Origin: an uncultured archaeon
Lineage (GTDB): Archaea; Asgardarchaeota; Thorarchaeia; Thorarchaeales; Thorarchaeaceae
Assembly (NCBI GenBank): GCA_964458565.1
Contig: CAYWJO010000037.1
Span: 1 to 34,598, forward strand
Reading direction: 5' to 3'
Length of the DNA: 34,598 nucleotides
Shown here: piece by piece, positions 28,055 through 34,598 of the stretch
Layout: every line of letters begins with the position of its first letter
How positions within the stretch are numbered: the first letter of the stretch is position 1
Position numbers and translations under genes: made by a program
The notes under the pieces: generated by a model
Seen by the model: only the letters and a program-made list of their open reading frames with translations
Databases searched by the model: none
Told to the model about the DNA's origin: nothing

Positions 28055-28986
28055 ATGGATTTAGGTATCCAAATTGAACCACAGTTCGGTTATAATTATG
28101 ATGCTATTCAAAAGCTATCAATGAAAGCCTTAGACAAAGGATTCAATTCCATATGGTTCTCGGACCATTTTATGCTGAATCATGATGCTACAGATAGAGC
28201 ATTGCTTGACCCCTTGCTATTAATGGCTGCATTATCAAGGGACAACGAGGAAATAAGAATCGGTAGCCTGGTGTTTTGTAATAATTATCGTCATCCTGCA
28301 TTGCATGCAAAGATGGGAGCTACTCTAGATGTCCTCACAAATGGAACTCTTGAGTTTGGGATTGGAGCAGGCTGGAAAGAAATTGAATATAACGCATATG
28401 GATATAATTTTCCTCCAGATATGGTCAGAATCAGGCAACTAGAGGAGTCTATTCAGATAATTAGAAAGATCTGGACTGAGAACAAACCTTCTTTTGATGG
28501 AGAGTACTACCATTTAGATCAGCTTGTATCTCATCCAAAACCAGTTCAAAAACCCATCCACGTATATGGGTTGGGACTATGAAAGCAAAAAAGCACATGC
28601 TTGAAGTCACAGCGAGATTTGGTGATGGTATTAACATAGCTTGGTCTTTCTCACCAGAATAGGCACAGGAAATATTCAACCGTCTCGATGACTTATGTGT
28701 GAAGCACAATCGCAAACCTGAATCTGTTGAACGGTCAATTGGATTGTGGGTGCGACTATTTGAAAATGAAGACAAGATGGAAAAAGCTATTGTCAAAGGT
28801 GCCCAAAACCAAAAAGTTTCTTAAAGGGAATATCGCGAACGTGTCAGTGGAGCACTTTGGGGGGCCTCAGAAATAGTTGCTTCAAATCTTAAAGAATATC
28901 AAGAGCTAGGAGTCATATATACAATACTTATGTTTCCACATAATGAGGAAGATACATACATGACTCAATTTGAGTCTATAATTTAG
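28055..28986 (+). pseudogene. LLM-class (probably F420-dependent) oxidoreductase pseudogene
   Basis: IWFSDHF, RHPALHAKMGATLD, GIGAGW, PKPVQKP; then a 1-bp frameshift near 28554 (continues HPRIWVG), an in-frame TAG at 28660, a TAA at 28822 and a natural-looking end TAG at 28984-28986. Confidence 0.9.
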
Positions 28987-29558
28987 GATCTCTTTAGACT
29001 TCCAATAATAGCAATGAGTCCCAACATGGACAATGAAAGAATTGCTATATTTGGCAAATCATTTTCAGTTATCAAAGGAATTTGAGGAAGAACAGGTGTT
29101 GATGGTGAATAGGTTGTAGCATCTGAATAATAATGCACATGTACTACCAGACTATATGAACCACTTCCAGAATATGATCTTACCATTATGTACCAAGTGC
29201 CATGAGCCGGCGCCTCGATTGATTCATCTTCATAGCTATCTGAGTCATATCCCCTGAGGTCATACTCATCAGTTGTGGGTCTTACTGCATAGCGTGCATA
29301 AACATCAAAATCACCAGATGACCCTGATAGAACCACATTCAGGACATACGCACCAGGTTGGACCTCAATAGAGTACATATCAGTATCATAATCGGTGGTC
29401 AAGAAACCTGTTATGGATTCACCATTAGTAAGCTCTTGCTGGGCAATATAGTAGTGAACCTGAGGGGTCTCATCAACAATAAGCAGTGATGGCATTAGGA
29501 CTAAAGGGATTGATAAGATAATTAATAGTACCAGTTGAGGAAGTTTTGATTTTTGCAA
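28983..29558 (-). CDS. Membrane-anchored protein with a single PPC (pre-peptidase C-terminal) domain
   Basis: SGSSGDFDVYARYAVRPTTDEYD...ESIEAPAHGTWYIMVRSYSG; N-terminal signal and C-terminal TM. Confidence 0.8.
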   Translation of the reverse strand: MQKSKLPQLVLLIILSIPLVLMPSLLIVDETPQVHYYIAQQELTNGESITGFLTTDYDTDMYSIEVQPGAYVLNVVLSGSSGDFDVYARYAVRPTTDEYDLRGYDSDSYEDESIEAPAHGTWYIMVRSYSGSGSYSLVVHVHYYSDATTYSPSTPVLPQIPLITENDLPNIAILSLSMLGLIAIIGSLKRS

Positions 29559-29617
29559 GGTATATTGGACAATGTAATTCCATCATATAAGCTTCTTGTG
29601 ATGACATCTTACAATCA

Positions 29618-31588
29618 TTACATGACTCCTTTTCGTCTATGAGAGATGATTAATATTCCAACAATGACAATTACACCAATTGATGTGAGTGTAATGATGT
29701 ACGAAATGAGAGTAGCAACATCAGGAGGAGCTACGGAGTTGGGGTATTCAAAACCGTTTATGCTCTCATAGATATTAAGATTCATTGTGGATACAGTTCC
29801 GAATCCTGTACCACCGAGATATATCAATCCGTCTGACGATATACTCAATGATGTTTGCTTCATAAAGCCAGAGGAAAAGGCCCAATCCTGTAATGCTAGA
29901 TTGCACTCCCAAATCTTCGATCCATTAGAAGCGAACTTGAGCATCGATTTGAAGATGTTGAAATGAAGAGATTCCATTATTACTATTGCAGTATCATCTG
30001 GTCCAATTGCTACATTAACGCCAAGATTGTATTCAGCAACGCCTGGAGAATAAACTACCTTTCTTGTTGATTGCCAATCTACAGTACCATTTGGAAATCT
30101 GCGATTGATGTATAACTGCTCAAGAGGAGTTATTCCGACTGTGTAAATTCTATCTTGACTATCAATATCCATATCGAAAGCCCTGATGTTTCTTTTCCAA
30201 ATCATCTCGCCTTCATTATTCCAGAGACTGAGTGATTCATCGGTCAATGTTACGATATTTCCAATTGAATTAACAAGAACTTCTTTTACTCCATTTATGC
30301 TAGATGTATCATTTATTATAGTTCCCCAAATTTGATTGCCCTCTGGACTGTAGCAATTCAGAAAAGGATTATACTCGAGTATCAATGAACCATTCTGAAA
30401 TTCCTGAATAAATGAGATTCCTCCGACATATAGAAAACCATTAGAGTCTATTGCAATCGATTGTGCTGATTCATATCCACCCAAATTGAACTTACGGATC
30501 CAATTCGTGATTCCGTCAAAATTCCATTTTACTATGACTAGATCATCCCCATTTTCTCCGACCGTATAAACTGCAGAAGGAGTAACAGCAATTCCTCGAC
30601 CCATCATCTGTTCAGCTGTTGTACCTTCTAGGCTTTTATTCCAAAGAAGATTTCCAAGTCTATTTCGTTTAATCAACAAGTGCTTGAAAGAAGAAGTGGA
30701 ATAGTCCGCAATATATCCCACCATATACAATGATCCATCAGAACCTAACGCCAAATCTGAAAAGTATGTATCAATGCCGTGATGCCAAGTAGTTTTTCGA
30801 TACGGTTCATAAACCTCAATCTCTTGCTCAGAATAAACATATGCCACCATACTAATTGAATCGATTGTGAAGGTTACAGATCCGGTCCATTCATCGATTG
30901 GAGAAATCCCAAGGGGTGTGAAATACTCAAAATTGTAAGTCGGTGCTAGACCTATGCTTACGGTGAACGTATCGAGGGGATCTTCCTGAAAGCCCTCTGC
31001 ATCTTCGACCATCCCGCCAAATGTATCGATTATATCGAAAAATGATAGATCAATATTTCGGACTTGCTTAATCGAATAATAAGGAGGATAGGTTTCAAAT
31101 ACTTTGAGCCAATTTCCAGAAGAATCGATAAGCCACACATACACCTTGAATGTCTGAACTGCTACTGCTATGTTTGCGAAATCACCAGATAATTCAGTCA
31201 TAAAACTAATAGAGAAATTCATATCGTCAGGTAGAATCTCGTAGGTCCAGTTTATCTCTTGACTAGCAAGAATGAAATCCAATGTATTAGGAAGTTCAGA
31301 ATCTGGTACATCACGGAAATTGATGGGAGTACCAGCAGTATGAGACCATGATAATTTCAATTCTGATTCATGGTGTTGGTATGAGAATTCGGATGAAGAC
31401 CCATTAACGAATACACTAGGTATTGTATCTAACTCTGGGTCTGGATGTAACTCTACAGTATCGAACCAGTTGACAACTTCAGATTCTTTAAAAAAAATGA
31501 ATTGCGCATCACTTGATAATACTGAGAATGGAACTGTCATAATAAAAATCAACACACAACTGGTCAAGCGAGCATGAACCAAATCCAC
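29618..31588 (-). CDS. Secreted, C-terminally anchored protein with beta-propeller repeats
   Basis: Repeats DLALGSDGSLYMVG, SIAIDSNGFLYVGG, DMDIDSQDRIYTVG and G...W motifs; TM plus basic tail. Confidence 0.8.
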   Translation of the reverse strand: MDLVHARLTSCVLIFIMTVPFSVLSSDAQFIFFKESEVVNWFDTVELHPDPELDTIPSVFVNGSSSEFSYQHHESELKLSWSHTAGTPINFRDVPDSELPNTLDFILASQEINWTYEILPDDMNFSISFMTELSGDFANIAVAVQTFKVYVWLIDSSGNWLKVFETYPPYYSIKQVRNIDLSFFDIIDTFGGMVEDAEGFQEDPLDTFTVSIGLAPTYNFEYFTPLGISPIDEWTGSVTFTIDSISMVAYVYSEQEIEVYEPYRKTTWHHGIDTYFSDLALGSDGSLYMVGYIADYSTSSFKHLLIKRNRLGNLLWNKSLEGTTAEQMMGRGIAVTPSAVYTVGENGDDLVIVKWNFDGITNWIRKFNLGGYESAQSIAIDSNGFLYVGGISFIQEFQNGSLILEYNPFLNCYSPEGNQIWGTIINDTSSINGVKEVLVNSIGNIVTLTDESLSLWNNEGEMIWKRNIRAFDMDIDSQDRIYTVGITPLEQLYINRRFPNGTVDWQSTRKVVYSPGVAEYNLGVNVAIGPDDTAIVIMESLHFNIFKSMLKFASNGSKIWECNLALQDWAFSSGFMKQTSLSISSDGLIYLGGTGFGTVSTMNLNIYESINGFEYPNSVAPPDVATLISYIITLTSIGVIVIVGILIISHRRKGVM

Positions 31589-31669
31589 ACCACAATTCTG
31601 TGTTTCAAAGTGCTGTTTATTTCTTTTTTCCTGTTAATGGAAAATACTTTTTACCAAGTTTTGTATATC

Positions 31670-31782
31670 CAGATTTTGGTGGGATGCTATAAGGGCAAAC
31701 TTGTTTATCCGGATTCGCCCCCCCGTTCCCGGATTTGTAGTTCAAGTCTACCAGATTCCCTTTATGGATTCCCACCACTCTG
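31670..31782. ncRNA. Candidate structured ncRNA (multi-branch, T-loop-like hairpin)
   Basis: GC-rich island in an AT-rich intergenic gap. Stems TGGTGGGA 31677-84/TCCCACCA 31770-77, CTATAAGGG 31687-95/CCCTTTATGG 31758-67, ATCCGG 31707-12/CCGGAT 31729-34, and GTAG-TTCAAGT-CTAC 31737-51. Confidence 0.5.
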
Positions 31783-31872
31783 CTTCTAAAACCATACCGT
31801 CACAATCCCTCGTTATTTATCTACAACATCTATATATGCAAGTAACTGAGTCAGGCGTTAGAGGTGTTATAA

Positions 31873-32265
31873 GTGGGAATAATTGAACACGTTGCCACTC
31901 TGCTAGATCAAGTAGAAATCAAGTATACACAAGAAGGTAATGCCTTGCTCATGCGATGGCAGACCGACCATTTTGAAGACCTTAAGGTTCGGATTGTTAC
32001 AAACAAGGATGAATCTTGGTTATACATTGTTGCGCCATTCACGAATATTAGCCAAGTCGATGAGGAGAAGAAAACTGATTTCTTCTTCCAAATGCTAAAA
32101 GAATCTTGGAAAGCAAATGGTGTCAAGTTCGCAATAGATGAGGATGATGATATCATAGTCATCGCTGAAACAAATGATACTGACCTTACTGGTGAGGAGA
32201 TTCGTATTCTTGTAGGTCATGTAGTCCACGCCTGTGACACTCTTTGGGAAATTTATCCATCCTGA
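31873..32265 (+). CDS. YbjN / CesT-Tir-like chaperone-fold protein
   Basis: Acidic 130 aa preceded by GAGGTG; FFFQMLKESWKANGVKFAIDEDDDIIVIAE...LTGEEIR pattern. Confidence 0.75.
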   Translation: MGIIEHVATLLDQVEIKYTQEGNALLMRWQTDHFEDLKVRIVTNKDESWLYIVAPFTNISQVDEEKKTDFFFQMLKESWKANGVKFAIDEDDDIIVIAETNDTDLTGEEIRILVGHVVHACDTLWEIYPS

Positions 32266-32292
32266 TATTCCCACATTCATGATTCCTTAATC

Positions 32293-32316
32293 TGCCCGAT
32301 GAATCAGTATCGGGTA
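32293..32316 (+). terminator. Hairpin followed by T-rich run
   Basis: TGCCCGAT-GAATCAGT-ATCGGGTA (8 bp including one G-U), then TTCACTTTCTTT. Confidence 0.5.
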
Positions 32317-32383
32317 TTCACTTTCTTTATTGGTGTGACGACATCTTGATAAGACCGTAATCTTATCCTTCTATGATAGCGCA

Positions 32384-32923
32384 ATGAATGAATCCGATAT
32401 TCCTATTCAAATTGATCCTATGAATAGAGAACGTCTAGTCATGATGATTAGTCCTCGTAGAATATCTCTACTATTCTACTACGTATTTGGAGCCTGTCTA
32501 TTTATCATTGGCTTAACTTTCAATCTGAGTGCATCTGCGGAAATTATTCATCCTAGCTTCGGTTCATGGTTCATTGGACTTGCTAGTTTAATCAGCGGAG
32601 TGATTTTCATAATCCAAGCTGACTACAAAGTAAAAACAACTCTGTACATACTGACAACTTGGAATGTTCGTATTAGAACTGGGTTCTTCAACAAAAAGAC
32701 GGAACGTATTTTCTATGATGATATTGACAGAATTGAAACTCTGCATGAACCAGGGGAAAAAGTAGCACAGATGGGTGATGTAAGAATCTTCAAAAAAGGA
32801 GATTCAAATACTCCATATCTGATTCTTAGAGATGTACGCCATCCTGAAGGGCTCGTTGAAATAATAAAACGTTTTATTACCTCAATAACAGAACCCACAG
32901 AATGGGCACATATTGAGAAGTGA
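32384..32923 (+). CDS. 2-TM membrane protein with bacterial PH (bPH_2) domain
   Basis: YILTTWNVRIRTGFFNKKTERIFYDDIDRIE...GDVRI...LRDVRHPE. Confidence 0.8.
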   Translation: MNESDIPIQIDPMNRERLVMMISPRRISLLFYYVFGACLFIIGLTFNLSASAEIIHPSFGSWFIGLASLISGVIFIIQADYKVKTTLYILTTWNVRIRTGFFNKKTERIFYDDIDRIETLHEPGEKVAQMGDVRIFKKGDSNTPYLILRDVRHPEGLVEIIKRFITSITEPTEWAHIEK

Positions 32924-33792
32924 AAAAAGGTGTAGCTGCTGTGAAATATTCGATCATCTACAAAACAACTCAAGAAACCGAGAATGAAGTAGTCGTAGAT
33001 GACACTGACATGGCTTTAGATTTATCTGGTAATGATATTATTGATGTTGATGTGAAGCGAATAGCGAATCTCAATCATCTCCAATCTCTGAATCTATCTG
33101 CAAATCATTTGGAGGAAATCGATCTTGAACCCCTCTCTGAATGTGTGAGTCTAGAGAAACTGTTCCTTGGTTCAAATTTATTACGTGACATACAATTGGA
33201 ACCACTTGAAAACTGTAAAAATTTGAAAATACTATCTTTGGAAATTAACAGGCTTCATAGAATTAACCTTGGTCCTCTAGGTCAATGTATAAGCTTGAAT
33301 GAATTATATATTCACTCGAACAAAATGACAACAATTGAATTGACACCACTGCAATATTGTGAGGATTTAAGGTTCCTCAGAATTGATAACAACGAAATAC
33401 TCGACATAGATTTGGGACCTCTGAGTCAATTGACGCATCTTCAAGAATTCTTTCTAGAGCACAATCCAATTAGAAAAATCGAACTCTCACCACTTAGTGA
33501 ATGTGTTGCACTTGAAGGGCTCTGGTTAAGAGGGATTCAAATATCCGAATTAGATTTAACACCTATTGGGAAATGTGGCAATCTGTTATGGATGGATCTT
33601 CAAGATAATCCAATCGAAAGATTAGATCTGACTCCAATCTATAGACAACGTGAGCTTGAGAAATTATTGATTGATGATAATGTACCTCTATTTGTATCAG
33701 AGGAGCTTAAAGATGAACATACATCTCCTGCAATATCGAAAATAAAGGATAGAATTGAGTGGAAAAAAGAAACTAGTATAATATGGGATTAG
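32920..33792 (+). CDS. Leucine-rich repeat protein (start may be GTG 32941)
   Basis: About 9-10 regular 22-aa repeats LxxLxLxxNxIxxI(D/E)LxPLxxCxx. Confidence 0.92.
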   Translation: MKKGVAAVKYSIIYKTTQETENEVVVDDTDMALDLSGNDIIDVDVKRIANLNHLQSLNLSANHLEEIDLEPLSECVSLEKLFLGSNLLRDIQLEPLENCKNLKILSLEINRLHRINLGPLGQCISLNELYIHSNKMTTIELTPLQYCEDLRFLRIDNNEILDIDLGPLSQLTHLQEFFLEHNPIRKIELSPLSECVALEGLWLRGIQISELDLTPIGKCGNLLWMDLQDNPIERLDLTPIYRQRELEKLLIDDNVPLFVSEELKDEHTSPAISKIKDRIEWKKETSIIWD

Positions 33793-33808
33793 GGTTTGTC
33801 ATACCCCT

Positions 33809-34528
33809 GTGACACTAGCTCTCTTTTTGTTCGAAATACGAATTATGATTGTGTTTCCTATGAATGAACAAGATGAGGTTCTGGGACGGTATACATTGAG
33901 GATAGCTGGACTGCTACAAGAAGTTCAAAATCAATGGGCGCGTCGCCTTGAGAATTACTACACTCAACTTGAATCCTTAGTTGAAGGTGAGTGGTTCGAC
34001 TCCAATGACCTCATAGGAATTATTAGAGAAGCACGAGCTGCATCCAGAGAAGCGCTAGAAGGACTTGGGACTGATCTTAGTGCTGAACTCCTACACACAT
34101 CAGGAGGATTTCTAGCTAGATTTGAATCTGAGCGATCTACTTTGCACGAAGAAATATCGGACCTAAGAGCAGCTTATGGACGAGCAATTTCAGGAGATGC
34201 GAGGTCTGTCAGACAGGAGAATGAATCCTTATTTCAATCGATAATGTCTGTTCCTATGTTCAAACTTCTAGATGTGGTGCAAGAACTTAATGTGACGAAC
34301 TATAAAGAATTAACAACCAAATCTGGAATGAAGAAGGCCGATGTGAGGGAGCATATCAAATCATTAATGCGAGGTGGATTTGTTTCAATCAACAAAGACA
34401 AACGACCTCATGAGATTATTTTTCTTAGTGCTCCTTGGAATAAGCGAACGCAAGAGATACCTTCCTTCGATGTTCACCAGATTATATCCTCTGATGATCA
34501 GCACATTCATCTTCCAAATGAGAGTTGA
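33809..34528 (+). CDS. Coiled-coil protein with C-terminal winged-helix domain (start probably ATG 33860)
   Basis: Long amphipathic helices followed by FKLLDVV...NYKELTTKSGMKKADVREHIKSLMRGGFVSI. Confidence 0.7.
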   Translation: MTLALFLFEIRIMIVFPMNEQDEVLGRYTLRIAGLLQEVQNQWARRLENYYTQLESLVEGEWFDSNDLIGIIREARAASREALEGLGTDLSAELLHTSGGFLARFESERSTLHEEISDLRAAYGRAISGDARSVRQENESLFQSIMSVPMFKLLDVVQELNVTNYKELTTKSGMKKADVREHIKSLMRGGFVSINKDKRPHEIIFLSAPWNKRTQEIPSFDVHQIISSDDQHIHLPNES

Positions 34529-34598
34529 ATCATAACGGGTGTGCTGTTCTTTGCACAAACGTTATAAGTTTAGTATCGGTTGTGTAGTTTGTATCACA

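Noticed and set aside
28550-28824. Programmed frameshift or pyrrolysine/amber read-through in the LLM gene
   Set aside because: No X-XXY-YYZ slippery heptamer in frame, and a further TAA stop would remain; pseudogene is the simpler explanation.
31677-31777. Canonical tRNA or tRNA-Sec gene
   Set aside because: Arm geometry does not fit; the terminal ACCA is part of the inverted repeat and is paired.
31574-31886. Short ORFs 31574..31789 and 31701..31886
   Set aside because: No RBS or protein-like features; they overlap the structured GC-rich element.
33020-33680. 66-bp periodicity suggesting a DNA repeat array or CRISPR
   Set aside because: Explained by 22-aa LRR coding; the nucleotide repeats are degenerate and lack repeat-spacer structure.

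Overview
AT-rich prokaryotic chromosomal window with about 30 intact genes, one partial gene at the left edge and one clear pseudogene. I found no rRNA, canonical tRNA, CRISPR array, transposase or integrase. An archaeal origin is supported by a PCNA-interacting PIP box on DinB, (A/G)GGTG(A)-type ribosome-binding sites, many TTG/GTG starts and C-terminally anchored solute-binding proteins. The gene style (22-aa LRR protein, tandem Lrp regulator, C-anchored surface proteins) suggests an Asgard archaeon, probably Thorarchaeota; that assignment is inference. Contents: two paralogous family-5 solute-binding proteins with permuted domain order, EamA, MscS, CorA, an Fpg-like protein, GNATs, a flavoprotein, EutA, a nitroreductase, a Ser/Thr dehydratase, DinB-SfsA, an ABC exporter, an ArsR/P1B-ATPase pair with its operator, a PAS histidine kinase fused to a thioredoxin-like domain, surface proteins and a YbjN-bPH-LRR-coiled-coil/wHTH cluster. 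The most notable signals are: (1) a 66-aa ORF divergent from a double-Lrp regulator, whose mRNA has a 5' hairpin with a loop exactly complementary to a 3'-UTR segment that can alternatively pair locally (a candidate 5'-3' RNA switch); (2) a ~110-nt GC-rich multi-branched intergenic structure with a T-loop-like hairpin; (3) the histidine kinase-CxxC thioredoxin fusion. All RNA structures were paired by eye and not computed.
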